A stretch of 64,000 nt of DNA from Smithellaceae bacterium (GTDB lineage Bacteria > Desulfobacterota > Syntrophia > Syntrophales > Smithellaceae): NCBI GenBank assembly GCA_963667845.2, contig CAXXVL010000002.1:2432001-2496000 (forward strand). The letters run 5' to 3'. The first letter of the stretch is position 1; each line of letters begins with the position of its first letter. The notes under the pieces were generated by a model. The model searched no databases. It was not told where the DNA came from and worked only from the letters and a program-made list of their open reading frames with translations. The translations under genes and the position numbers were made by a program. Below are positions 40,512 through 50,150 of this stretch, piece after piece.

Positions 40512-40821
40512 AAGCGCCTCCCTCAAGTTTTCTATCCCAAAATACAGTTGACTAAATAGCCATGGTTTATTTATTACCACATGTGGTTTTATCATAACCA
40601 CGCGTATGGAGAAGTCAAGAGATATTATTGAAAGTAAACTCTTAGTGAACTCAGGTGAGCATCAAAGTTAGTTGGCGAATTCAGTGGGTGTTTCCCAGTC
40701 CTCCCGAACATCCTGAATTCGCCAAAATTCGATCGGAAACAGCCAAAAGTGATGAACTTCATCCTGACATGTGTTACAAATACAGCGGCAGATCAAATAA
40801 ACTGATTAAAGGAGACATGAA

Positions 40822-41430
40822 ATGAAGCATTACTTCAGGATGGTTTCAGTACTGGTTGGGATTATGATTCTGTTATTTGCAGCGCAGGTTCAGGCGGCAC
40901 GATATTACACCACCATGGAGCAGCAGCAGACGGCATCCGATGCGATAAAAGCAGCGACGGAGTTCAACATCCTGCCCATTGATTATAGTGCAATTGATCC
41001 GAAAGAGCTCGGCTATACCAATAATGACGAGTGGAACACCGATAAGAATTCCGTCGGGCCCGCTTTTGCCGAATCCTTTCCGCAGTTGCTGAAGGAAGCC
41101 AACTCGAATAAGAAAGTGGTCATGGTTAAAAAGACGGAAAAGTTGGACAAAGGCATCGTCGCCGAGGTGGCGGTGACAAAGATCATCCTCAACTGGAATG
41201 CCTGGACGGGCAGGCCCGATGAGTATATCTGCAAAATTACTTTTACCAATGCCGCCGACGGCAGGAAACTATTTGCCGGGACCGTTAATATCAACAGCCT
41301 GGCCGGCAATCCCTATGCATCGGGCTGGGGCAACAATTTCGGCCGCCGCATGCAGTCTGCTGCATTCAACATGGCCTGGGTGATCACCAAGATCATGGCG
41401 GAAGGTAAGGTGGAACCTGCCGATTATTGA
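40822..41430 (+). CDS. exported hypothetical protein
   Basis: Signal peptide ending VQA; AAGGAG RBS. Confidence 0.7.
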   Translation: MKHYFRMVSVLVGIMILLFAAQVQAARYYTTMEQQQTASDAIKAATEFNILPIDYSAIDPKELGYTNNDEWNTDKNSVGPAFAESFPQLLKEANSNKKVVMVKKTEKLDKGIVAEVAVTKIILNWNAWTGRPDEYICKITFTNAADGRKLFAGTVNINSLAGNPYASGWGNNFGRRMQSAAFNMAWVITKIMAEGKVEPADY

Positions 41431-41621
41431 TGATCGGCATAGATAAAAAACCTGGAATCAAGTGGAGGACCGTTATGCAGGATTGCGCGCCGATCGATTA
41501 TTATCTGGTGCATATAGGAAGAATCGTGTAAAATCACAGTTACACGTATGAGTTTTGTCAGGCATGAGACAGTTGTGCAGGTAGTCCGGAGAGACATTCT
41601 TAAGAACCGATGAGGAGAAAG

Positions 41622-42665
41622 ATGAATATCTTGAAGACAGGCGTTGTGGTTGTCGCGGCATTATTTTCCTTCACATGTCTTTTCAGCAGCGCTGCTTTGG
41701 CGAACTATACGGCTGCCCCGACAGAAGAAATTACCAGCAAAGAAATCCAACCCAAAAAAACGGGAAAACAAACCAGGCTAAAGAAGAAGTGCTGCGGGAA
41801 AAAAGAAAAAATAGTGATCGCGGGTAGTATTGAAAAGCGGCGGGCCGCTTTGCAGGCATCCTTCCGGAAGGCCGGAATCAGCCAGGATGAGATTGATCAA
41901 ATATTTGCCGACGAACGCGTCGAGATCCACTACAATATATATTCGCCTCCGGTGCCCAAAGAAGGCGAGCAGAAAAAGAGGAGACTGAGTTACTTCGATG
42001 ACGAGTTCGGCCTGCTCAAACCGGAGTCCATTGAATCCGGAAAAAGAATCATCGAGGAAAACAAAGAACGCTTTGAGAGGCTGGAAAGTCTCTATGGTAT
42101 TCCCGCCAATTACATTGTGGCTATTATCAGGGTAGAAACCAACTTCAAACAGCATCTCGGCGAATACAGAGTTTTCAATGCCCTGTATTCGATGGCCATG
42201 CTCAGTAAAAGAGCAAAGCGTGTTCACATGGCCGGTAAAGAACTTGTCACGTGGGTAAAGATGTGCAGGAAAACGGAGATGGACCCGTTTGCCGTGAAAG
42301 GTTCGTGGGCCGGCGCCTTCGGCATCCCCCAGTTTATGCCTTCATCGTACGTTATTTTTGCCGTGGATGAGGATAACGACGGGGTAATCGATCTGTATGA
42401 TTATCCCGATGCTTTTGCCAGCGTTGCCAATTACCTCAATCGTGTGGGCTGGAAAACCGGCAACGAGAAGAGAATGCGTCAGGCCATCTATCGTTACAAC
42501 CATGAAAAAGCCTACGTCAACGCGGTCTTTGCATACGCCCAGAGCGTCGGGGCGAATTCAGAGTATATGGCATATCCGCGCGACAGGGCGTATCCGGAAG
42601 ACATGGCGTATCGGGGGGATGTGGCGTATCCCGGGGACATACCGCTTAATGATCCTGCGCAATAA
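41622..42665 (+). CDS. lytic murein transglycosylase, MltB/SLT_2 family
   Basis: AIIRVETNF, GSWAGAFGIPQFMPSSY, DA.ASVANYL..GW and YNH motifs. Confidence 0.88.
   Translation: MNILKTGVVVVAALFSFTCLFSSAALANYTAAPTEEITSKEIQPKKTGKQTRLKKKCCGKKEKIVIAGSIEKRRAALQASFRKAGISQDEIDQIFADERVEIHYNIYSPPVPKEGEQKKRRLSYFDDEFGLLKPESIESGKRIIEENKERFERLESLYGIPANYIVAIIRVETNFKQHLGEYRVFNALYSMAMLSKRAKRVHMAGKELVTWVKMCRKTEMDPFAVKGSWAGAFGIPQFMPSSYVIFAVDEDNDGVIDLYDYPDAFASVANYLNRVGWKTGNEKRMRQAIYRYNHEKAYVNAVFAYAQSVGANSEYMAYPRDRAYPEDMAYRGDVAYPGDIPLNDPAQ
42551..42640 (+). repeat. five degenerate 18-bp tandem repeats in the 3' end of the transglycosylase gene
   Basis: GGCGAATTCAGAGTATAT / GGCATATCCGCGCGACAG / GGCGTATCCGGAAGACAT / GGCGTATCGGGGGGATGT / GGCGTATCCCGGGGACAT. 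Confidence 0.8.
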
Positions 42666-42806
42666 TCGTGAAGGTTCAATCATGATCTCCCGGTAACATC
42701 GGGATGCCCGGAGAATACATGAAATATCGACACGGCATGTTGAATTTTCATGGCATCGGGGCGTGGGGCGCGCGCATGGTAGAAGAAACCCACCGGGAGA
42801 GAATTT

Positions 42807-43682
42807 ATGCAATTGACTTCTGATTTTGTCGGCGCATCACTTAAAGAGTACACCTGTGTGGTTGACGCCCGCTTCGCGATGAACTATGCGGCGGCAATCG
42901 GCGACGCTAATCCCGTCTATTTCAATGACGAGCAGCCGCAGGGGATTGTCGCGCCGCCTCTGTTTCCCGTGGCGCTTACCTGGCCCATCGTCGAGCACAT
43001 TACGGATTACCTGCAGGCGGACGGATTTCCGCAGGAGGTGCTGTTCACCCAGGTCCATTACAGCGAGCACTTAAGCCTGCACCGGCCGGTGAAACCCGGC
43101 ATGCATTTGAGAATCAACGGCGTCATTGCCGCTATTGTGCCGCACCGGGCAGGGACGTATGTCGTTATCAAATATGACGCGCAGGATGCCCGCGGCGATA
43201 AAATATTTACGGAGCATATCGGTGCGATGATGAGAGGCGTTTTGTGCGCCGATGCCGGAAAAGGCGCCTCGTCCATTCCCTCCGTCCCCATCCATGAAGG
43301 TTCGTCCGCGCTGTGGGAATCGGTTATTCCGATTGATCCCCTGGCCCCGTTCCTCTATGACGGGTGCACGAACATTCATTTTCCCATCCACACGTCCGTT
43401 CGATTCGCCCATCAGGTGGGGCTTCCCGGAATCATCCATCAGGGAACGGCAACGCTCGCCGTTTCCGTTCATGACATTCTCAATAAAGAGGCGGGAGGCG
43501 ATCCGCTGAAGCTCGCGACGGTTTACTGCCGGTTTTCCGGGATGGTGATCCCCGGCTCGTCCATTCGGGTTTGCCTGACCGGCAAGAACAAGATGGCGGA
43601 CGGGACGGATCTGTTTTTCACCGTATACAATGCCGAGGGGAAGAAGGCCATAAGCAATGGCTACATGAGACTGACAGCCTGA
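42807..43682 (+). CDS. MaoC-family double hot-dog dehydratase
   Basis: YAAAIGDANP; APPLF; FPIH..FAHQVGLPGIIHQG; RFSGMV.PG motifs. Confidence 0.85.
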   Translation: MQLTSDFVGASLKEYTCVVDARFAMNYAAAIGDANPVYFNDEQPQGIVAPPLFPVALTWPIVEHITDYLQADGFPQEVLFTQVHYSEHLSLHRPVKPGMHLRINGVIAAIVPHRAGTYVVIKYDAQDARGDKIFTEHIGAMMRGVLCADAGKGASSIPSVPIHEGSSALWESVIPIDPLAPFLYDGCTNIHFPIHTSVRFAHQVGLPGIIHQGTATLAVSVHDILNKEAGGDPLKLATVYCRFSGMVIPGSSIRVCLTGKNKMADGTDLFFTVYNAEGKKAISNGYMRLTA

Positions 43683-43727
43683 ACCAACAGGGTTTTTCAA
43701 CACCCTGCTAAAGGAGGGAAGGGTATC

Positions 43728-45317
43728 ATGGCCTGGGAAGAGCTGAATCAAACGTGGCACTATGTGGAAAAGTGGGCTGACGCAAGGCCGGATGCCGAGG
43801 CGCTGGTCGCAGGCGATGAGAGATTAACCTGGCGTGAATTTGCGCGGCAGATGGATGCGGTAGCCCTGGCCTATCTGGAAATCGGAATCGAAAAGGGCGA
43901 TCGGATAGCGCTTTTGTCCATGGCGCGCAATGAATTCCTCACCACTTACATGGCTGCGGGAAAGGTCGGGGCGATCTGGCTGGGCCTGTCGCCAAAATAT
44001 ACGCTCGACGAACTGCGCTACCAGCTTAACGACTGCCGCCCCAAACTGCTCATCACGCTGCGCGAGTACATGGGGAGCGATCTTGCCCAAACGGTAAGTA
44101 CTCTTCAGAAGGAGTGCCCGTTTTTGAAAAAAGTTCTGGTGATCGGCGATCCTTTTCCCGGCGCGGAGCGCTTTGCTGATTATGTTGGAAAACCGCGGCC
44201 CGGCTTCGCCGCAGCACTGGCAAAAAGAGCGTCGGAAGTGACGCCTGCGGATGACGCCCTGCTTTTATACACGTCCGGGTCAACCGGCAAGCCCAAAGGC
44301 GTCGTCCATACCCACCGCAGCATTGTGGAGAACATCAAAGTGGAAATTGAGAAATTCTCTTTTGATGAAAACTCGCGGGGGCTTCTTCACTTTCCCATTA
44401 ATCATGTGGCGGCGGATGTTGAAATCGGGTTCGGCGCCATCATGTCGGGCGGCTGCATTGTGTGCATGGACAAATTCGATCCGCTTCAGACCCTGAAAGT
44501 CATCGAGCAAGAAAAGATAACCCATATCGGACAGGTGCCGGTGATGTTTCTGCTGGAATTCAAGCAGCCGGAATTCTGGACGTGCGATTTCAGTAACGTC
44601 AAGGCCTTTGTCTGGGCGGGCGCGGCCGCGCCGAAAGTCATGATCGATTTGCTCGGGCCGATCTGCGAGAAGTCGGGCGCCAAAATGATTACCGGTTACG
44701 GCAGCACGGAAGTCTGCGGTTTCATCACTTACACCGGGCCCGAGGACAACGCCGAGACACTCCTCAAGACCGTCGGAAAAATTGCCCAACCCTTCGAACT
44801 GAAAATTGTCGATAAAGAGCGTCGTGAAATTGCGGCAGGCGTTATAGGCGAAATTGCCGTACGGGGGCCTTTCCTGATGAAGGGTTACTATAACAAACCG
44901 GAAGAAACGCCCCGGGTCATCGATCGGGACGGCTGGTATTACACGACGGACCTTGGTTTTAAGGACGAGGGCGGATACATTCACATCACCGGAAGGCTCT
45001 CGGAAATGTTCAAAAGCGGCGGTGAGAACGTGTATCCGCGGGAAGTGGAAGAGGCCATCGAGGCGCACGCGGCGGTTCTGTTTGCCGCCGTGATCGGCGT
45101 TCCGGACGAAATCTATCAGGAAGTCGGGTGGGCTTTTGTCATGCCGACGCCGGGCCAGAATGTAACCGAAGAGGAACTGCGCGATTTATGCAAATCCACC
45201 CTAGCCAACTTCAAGGTGCCGAAGAAATATTTTATCCGCCCGATGCTGCCGCTCCTGGCCAGCGGCAAGGTGAACAAGCTGGCGCTGAAAGACGAAATCC
45301 GGGAGATGATGAAATAA
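43728..45317 (+). CDS. AMP-binding acyl-CoA synthetase
   Basis: YTSGSTGKPKG, GYGSTE, TDLG, KSGGENVYPREVE and SGKV motifs. Confidence 0.95.
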   Translation: MAWEELNQTWHYVEKWADARPDAEALVAGDERLTWREFARQMDAVALAYLEIGIEKGDRIALLSMARNEFLTTYMAAGKVGAIWLGLSPKYTLDELRYQLNDCRPKLLITLREYMGSDLAQTVSTLQKECPFLKKVLVIGDPFPGAERFADYVGKPRPGFAAALAKRASEVTPADDALLLYTSGSTGKPKGVVHTHRSIVENIKVEIEKFSFDENSRGLLHFPINHVAADVEIGFGAIMSGGCIVCMDKFDPLQTLKVIEQEKITHIGQVPVMFLLEFKQPEFWTCDFSNVKAFVWAGAAAPKVMIDLLGPICEKSGAKMITGYGSTEVCGFITYTGPEDNAETLLKTVGKIAQPFELKIVDKERREIAAGVIGEIAVRGPFLMKGYYNKPEETPRVIDRDGWYYTTDLGFKDEGGYIHITGRLSEMFKSGGENVYPREVEEAIEAHAAVLFAAVIGVPDEIYQEVGWAFVMPTPGQNVTEEELRDLCKSTLANFKVPKKYFIRPMLPLLASGKVNKLALKDEIREMMK

Positions 45318-45521
45318 AGGCCAGGCGAGGGGAAGATGCGGGTGCGTTCCTTGTAGCAGGAATCGTCGGGGAAACGGCGCGTCGCAGGCGGCGGCAACCT
45401 CGTAAAAAGTATAAAAGAGGATAGGCATTAAATCAGAAAACAGTTATCGAGTGACAAGAATGTCTGTAAATAAGAAAAAATGTTTGTTTGTCTATAAGTA
45501 TTCTATTGGAAGGATGCTGGC

Positions 45522-46730
45522 GTGAACGTCATTATTAATTACCAGTGTAACTGCAAATGCGACTATTGCTTTGCGAAACCGTTTTCAAGCAGTAATCCTT
45601 CTCTCTATATGGGTGTGGAAGAATACAAAGATATTCTTCTCTTTTTGAAAAAGTCAGGATTTTCATTTATCCATATTTTTGGTGGAGAACCAACGCTGCA
45701 TCCGGATTTTATCGAGCTTGTCAGTTACGCCGACAAAATGTTCCGCACTTTTTTTGTCCTGACAAACGGTTTCGTGGAAAAGAAGATAACCGATCAACTT
45801 AAGGCGTTTTCTTCGGCAAAATACGTGTGCAACTATAGCGCAAGAAAATTCTCCACCAGGCCGGCGGCCAATTTAGATCATTTTTTAAAAACGCTGCATA
45901 AGTCTATTACTCTGGGAGTTACCTACACCGGAAATATTTCCGCCAGGGAAATTGACTCGTGGATCAAAACAATTAACGGCTACGATTTAAAACGCCTTCT
46001 CCGTTTCGGCATTGCCTCGCCTGACTGTCAGAGAAGCAATACCTATGTTGATTTCAACAAGGGAAGAAGAAAATTCAACAGGGATTTACAATTAATTGCC
46101 ACGAAACTGTTTAAGGAAGGCATCCTGCTGGCAGAAGATTGTACAAGTATTCCTTTGTGCAAATTAGATAATGATACGATTGCTTTATGGAAAAGAAACT
46201 TCGGGAACGATATCATGACCCGTTGCGCCCCTCCTTCAGATTATCTGCCCGGTAAAATGGTTAGCAGTTGTTTCGGCACGGCAAGCTTCTTGGTTCCTTT
46301 CTCCAAGTATAAAACAGGTCAAGAATTTCAAGCCTACTTTATGAGGCTACATCAATTACTGGAGAATAACATTGCCATCAAGCCATGTTCCGAATGCGAT
46401 TATTTCAAAATTTCTTGTTTTGGCGGTTGTCTAAGTAATTTTATCTCACAGTTAAATCCGCTGATCTTCAAAAACCATGCGCACCGGGAAAAGGGTCATC
46501 AGCAATGGCTGATCTACTGCGACACTGAGAAAACGTTAGTCATGAAGAAGAACGATATTGATCGACATTTTATCTTCACGGGCATTGAAAAAATGTTTTT
46601 TGATTTGTTAATCAAAGAGCCGGAAGATATGGAGGCAATCAAAGAAGATTCTCCGGAAAATGTATTGGAAGTATATAATTACATTGTTGATCAAGATCAA
46701 AACAGTTCCGGCTGCTCGAGCAATCCATAA
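45522..46730 (+). CDS. radical SAM protein with SPASM/Twitch-like Cys cluster and C-terminal extension
   Basis: CNCKCDYC, GGEPTLHP, LTNG and CSECDYFKISCFGGC motifs; GTG start. Confidence 0.85.
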   Translation: MNVIINYQCNCKCDYCFAKPFSSSNPSLYMGVEEYKDILLFLKKSGFSFIHIFGGEPTLHPDFIELVSYADKMFRTFFVLTNGFVEKKITDQLKAFSSAKYVCNYSARKFSTRPAANLDHFLKTLHKSITLGVTYTGNISAREIDSWIKTINGYDLKRLLRFGIASPDCQRSNTYVDFNKGRRKFNRDLQLIATKLFKEGILLAEDCTSIPLCKLDNDTIALWKRNFGNDIMTRCAPPSDYLPGKMVSSCFGTASFLVPFSKYKTGQEFQAYFMRLHQLLENNIAIKPCSECDYFKISCFGGCLSNFISQLNPLIFKNHAHREKGHQQWLIYCDTEKTLVMKKNDIDRHFIFTGIEKMFFDLLIKEPEDMEAIKEDSPENVLEVYNYIVDQDQNSSGCSSNP

Positions 46731-46739
46731 ACAATCAAC

Positions 46740-46768
46740 TTGACTTGCAATATTGCTTACAGTACTAT
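46740..46768 (+). promoter_or_regulatory. sigma70 promoter for the precursor peptides
   Basis: TTGACT-17 nt-TACTAT. Confidence 0.6.
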
Positions 46769-46844
46769 CATCACAGTTGTGTGGATAGATTGGTAAAAAT
46801 ATTTTTTTGTTCGCGTTTGTATGAGGGTGTAAAAGGAGGATGTT

Positions 46845-47048
46845 ATGTTATTGGTAAATAAGAGTGGTCGAATCTATGATGTTCCTGAACAATTAGCCAA
46901 ACAATATATAGCTTCGAAAATGAGCCAATCGAGAGAGGAAATCGACGATCTGCTCAGCACTTTACGTAAACCTGCTGCGGCATCACCGGGAGTGGATTCA
47001 GAGTGCGGGTGCTGCTGTATATATTCCAACTATTGCCCCAACAAGTAA
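46845..47048 (+). CDS. putative RiPP precursor peptide 1, 67 aa
   Basis: AAGGAGG RBS; ends SECGCCCIYSNYCPNK; 52/67 identical to the neighbouring paralogue. Confidence 0.85.
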   Translation: MLLVNKSGRIYDVPEQLAKQYIASKMSQSREEIDDLLSTLRKPAAASPGVDSECGCCCIYSNYCPNK

Positions 47049-47090
47049 CCTTTTTTACTTGTCACGAGAGATTCTGCCTAGGAGGATATG

Positions 47091-47294
47091 ATGTTATTGA
47101 TGAACAAGAGCGGCCGTATTTATGATGTTCCCGAACAATTAGCTGAGCAATATCTGGCGGCGAAAATGAGCACGTCGAGAGAAGCGATCGGCGACATGTT
47201 GAGCACGTTGCGAAAACCTGCTACGACATCAGCGGAGATAGCGTCGGAATGCGGATGCTGCTGCGCTTATTCCAATTATTGCCCCAACAAGTAA
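47091..47294 (+). CDS. putative RiPP precursor peptide 2, 67 aa
   Basis: AGGAGG RBS; ends SECGCCCAYSNYCPNK; start set by alignment with precursor 1. Confidence 0.85.
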   Translation: MLLMNKSGRIYDVPEQLAEQYLAAKMSTSREAIGDMLSTLRKPATTSAEIASECGCCCAYSNYCPNK

Positions 47295-47306
47295 CCTTTA
47301 GCGATT

Positions 47307-47350
47307 TACTTGCTGCGATTTTGCCCTGTCACGAATCGCAGCAAGTATTT
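47307..47350 (+). terminator. stem-loop after the precursors (terminator or mRNA stabiliser)
   Basis: TACTTGCTGCGATT-13 nt-AATCGCAGCAAGTA, a 14-bp perfect stem with only a short T-run. Confidence 0.65.
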
Positions 47351-47562
47351 GATCTGTACTTATTCTTGGCATTAATCATCCCAAAATCAGATTGGAATGC
47401 CGGCACGTTGCTTGCGCCATAAACCATGTTGATACTACCGCAAATGTCCCATCGCCTGAGCCTGCAAGATGCCCGTTTCGGGGTGATGTCGGAAGGTGAG
47501 TGCAATCAGGGCCGGGCAGCATTGCCAACGTTGTATCCAAAAAATATTAAGGATAATTGATC

Positions 47563-48747
47563 ATGACAGCAAAATTCTCCCTCTTCACTGATCTGAGAGC
47601 CGTGACGTTTCAGTTGACCACGGCGTGCAACCTTTCCTGTGATTATTGTTTCCAGGATGCCTGCAACGTCTCCTTATCGCCTCCAGGTGAAGGGAAAAAA
47701 GTAGTGGACCCCCGCCAGACCGCTGAAACCCTCATCAAACTCATGAAGGTCAGCAACATGGACATGGGAATGGTTTTCTCCGGCGGTGAACCCCTGCTCG
47801 TTCCCGTGGACTGGTATGAAACTTTTTTTCAAGTGGTTGATCCATACCTCACGGAATCCGGAAAGACATTGGACTATTCGGTCCAGACCAATATTTCGAT
47901 TCTGACTCCGGCGATCATTGACCTCTTCAAAAAACACGATGTGCATTTTTCCATTCATTACGATGGAGATCTGGATGATGCAAAACTGCTCGCGAAAAAA
48001 AGAAAAGATAACATTGTCACATTATTTAAAAATGGATTCCCGATCACGGCCCTGGTTGTCGGCACGGTGGAATCCCTGAGAGCGCTGCCGTCCACCATCG
48101 AGTTTTTCATTAAGAACGGTGTTCGTTTTTATCGCATTAATTACGTTTCGAGCCAGGGCAGAGGCCACAACGTATCAAAAATTCCGCCCCAGCTCAGGGC
48201 TGAAGCGGAATTCGAAGCAGCGTTCATGGCTTCTCAGTTTGACTTCAAAACACGGGACAATGTCGGCATGAACAAATTCCTCTTCTATTACAAGAACGTC
48301 ATTTGCGGCGGCGACTATAGCCTTATGCCGCGCCCGCAAATCTGCAAGGCGGGTCTGTGGTCCGCGTACGTGGCCGCCGACGGGCTTGTCTATCCCTGCA
48401 GCTTCTTTACCGGCATAACCGGTCCTATTGCCGAAGCAAAGGATATTCCTTCTCATCTGGGGGGAGCCTTGAGAGTGATTGAGCTGTGCGAGGCGAAAAA
48501 TTCTTACTATGATGAGAAGTGCAAAAAATGTGAGGCCCTGCCGATTTGCGGGGAATACTGCACACTGCAGCCGGTAACGGATACAACGGTTATGGAATCC
48601 TTCTGCAATGCCCAGGTAACCTTGCGTCGTTTGATGGACGAGAACAGAGAGATCACGGAACTCATCGCCAAGAGATTCCTGGAACACAAAAGAACGTATC
48701 CGCAGGATGTCCCCCAGTCATGCGGGACGAGCGCCCAGAAGAGCTGA
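47563..48747 (+). CDS. radical SAM/SPASM domain peptide maturase
   Basis: CNLSCDYC, SGGEPLL, QTN; SPASM-type CKAG..DGLVYPC..CKKCEALPICGEYC..FC. Confidence 0.88.
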   Translation: MTAKFSLFTDLRAVTFQLTTACNLSCDYCFQDACNVSLSPPGEGKKVVDPRQTAETLIKLMKVSNMDMGMVFSGGEPLLVPVDWYETFFQVVDPYLTESGKTLDYSVQTNISILTPAIIDLFKKHDVHFSIHYDGDLDDAKLLAKKRKDNIVTLFKNGFPITALVVGTVESLRALPSTIEFFIKNGVRFYRINYVSSQGRGHNVSKIPPQLRAEAEFEAAFMASQFDFKTRDNVGMNKFLFYYKNVICGGDYSLMPRPQICKAGLWSAYVAADGLVYPCSFFTGITGPIAEAKDIPSHLGGALRVIELCEAKNSYYDEKCKKCEALPICGEYCTLQPVTDTTVMESFCNAQVTLRRLMDENREITELIAKRFLEHKRTYPQDVPQSCGTSAQKS

Positions 48748-48799
48748 CAGTTATTGACCCGGCCGGATTGCCAAGGCACCGCTTTTAAAAAAGGGGATC

Positions 48800-50095
48800 A
48801 TGCCTGACGAAAAACTATTCAATAAAAACTTCTCTCTTGTGTTTGCCGGTCAATGTACATCCGTCATCGGCAGCTCGCTGTATTATGTTGTCTTAGTCCT
48901 GTATTTGAAGCAAATGACAGGTTCCGCCACCGTTATCGGTATTGTGGAATTGCTGGCATTTCTGCCATGGGTTTTGCTGGGCCCGTTTGCCGGAACTCTG
49001 GTTGACAGGTCAAGCCGAAAGACAATCATTGTGTGGTCCGATTTTCTCCGCGGCCTGCTGATGCTGCTGTTGTTTGTTGTCAGTACGGAATATTTCATCG
49101 GCCTCAAAGTGATCGACATCGGAATAGCCCGCATTCATTTTATTTCCTTTCCCTTCGCCGTCTATGCCGTATTTTTTGTAACAGTATTGATGGGTATCAT
49201 TGATTCAGCCTTCAGCTCCGCCTTAAACTCGATCATTCCGGAAATATTGAGTAAAGAAAAAATTCAAAAGGGCAATTCATTGTTCCAGGGCGCGGGAGGG
49301 GTGCTGACAATGGCCGGCAACGCCCTGGGCGGTATTTTCTTCACCGTTTTAGGCGGGGCACTGGCGTTTCTGATCAACGGCATATCCTATCTGTCTGCGG
49401 CTTTCGCCAGTCTTTTCATATCAGCCGGACATAGAGAAACCCCGGAAAATAAATCCGCTTTCTCTTATCGAAGTTTTCTGAGGGAAACAAAGGAGGGCTT
49501 CCAGTTCATCTGGTCAAATAAAGGCCTGAGGAACCAGACGATCATCTACGCCCTGTCTAATCTCCTCTTTCCGACAGTGATGTTGTCGCTGCCTTTTTTG
49601 ATCGAAGACGTGATGAAGCTGAAAGGGGCATATTACGGGTATTTATTGAGCATCCTCACCCTGAGCTCCATCGCGGGCTATTTTATCTTTGGTTTATTCA
49701 AGACCACGGAAAAACAAAACTACGTGGTGATATGCGTCATATTTTTTATTGAAGCACTGTTGTTCTTATTTCTTTCCTTCACCGCGAATATAATTTCTGT
49801 CTTTGTGCTCTTAGCCCTTCTTTCTTCCTGCATGGCTATTTCACGGCTGATCAATACATCCCTCAAACAAAAAGTTATTCCCGATAAACTGCGGGGCCGG
49901 GTATTCGGAACGCTTGATTCCATTAACGGCAGTCTTGTCCCTCTTTCCTTTGCAGTGAGCGGGATCATTATCGACCTTCTGCATAAGGACATCTTGATGC
50001 TCTTTTCCATTATCTTCGGCATCTACGCAGTGTTGGCAATTTCTTTTGTCTTTAATAAACCGATCAGGCACTTCTATTTGAATTCGGGAGTTTAA
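48800..50095 (+). CDS. MFS exporter, macrolide-efflux-like
   Basis: About 12 TM segments; GPFAGTLVDRSSRK motif A; IPDKLRGRVFG. Confidence 0.9.
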   Translation: MPDEKLFNKNFSLVFAGQCTSVIGSSLYYVVLVLYLKQMTGSATVIGIVELLAFLPWVLLGPFAGTLVDRSSRKTIIVWSDFLRGLLMLLLFVVSTEYFIGLKVIDIGIARIHFISFPFAVYAVFFVTVLMGIIDSAFSSALNSIIPEILSKEKIQKGNSLFQGAGGVLTMAGNALGGIFFTVLGGALAFLINGISYLSAAFASLFISAGHRETPENKSAFSYRSFLRETKEGFQFIWSNKGLRNQTIIYALSNLLFPTVMLSLPFLIEDVMKLKGAYYGYLLSILTLSSIAGYFIFGLFKTTEKQNYVVICVIFFIEALLFLFLSFTANIISVFVLLALLSSCMAISRLINTSLKQKVIPDKLRGRVFGTLDSINGSLVPLSFAVSGIIIDLLHKDILMLFSIIFGIYAVLAISFVFNKPIRHFYLNSGV

Positions 50096-50150
50096 TCCGC
50101 TCACGCGGGACGGGCGTTAATTCTCCGCAGCTTGCTGCGAGGTGGTTGAT
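50093..50150 (+). repeat. dispersed palindromic element, short copy
   Basis: TAATCCGCTCACGCGGGACGGGCGTTAATTCTCCGCAGCTTGCTGCGAGGTGGTTGAT; overlaps the stops of both convergent genes. Confidence 0.85.

Larger units (their letters stand above)
39286..40728. mobile_element. putative non-autonomous cassette bounded by perfect 18-bp inverted repeats
   Basis: ATTTTGGCGAATTCAGGA (39286-39303) and its exact reverse complement TCCTGAATTCGCCAAAAT (40711-40728); AT-rich interior; no transposase inside. Confidence 0.6.

Noticed and set aside
46845..47294. Precursors as selenocysteine peptides, SCIFF or simple metallothioneins
   Set aside because: No in-frame TGA and both end in TAA. Cys spacing differs from SCIFF. 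Cys residues are confined to the C-terminus behind a leader and flanked by maturases.
47350..47560. Cobalamin or other riboswitch between the precursors and the SPASM gene
   Set aside because: No B12-box or other recognisable aptamer consensus seen by eye.
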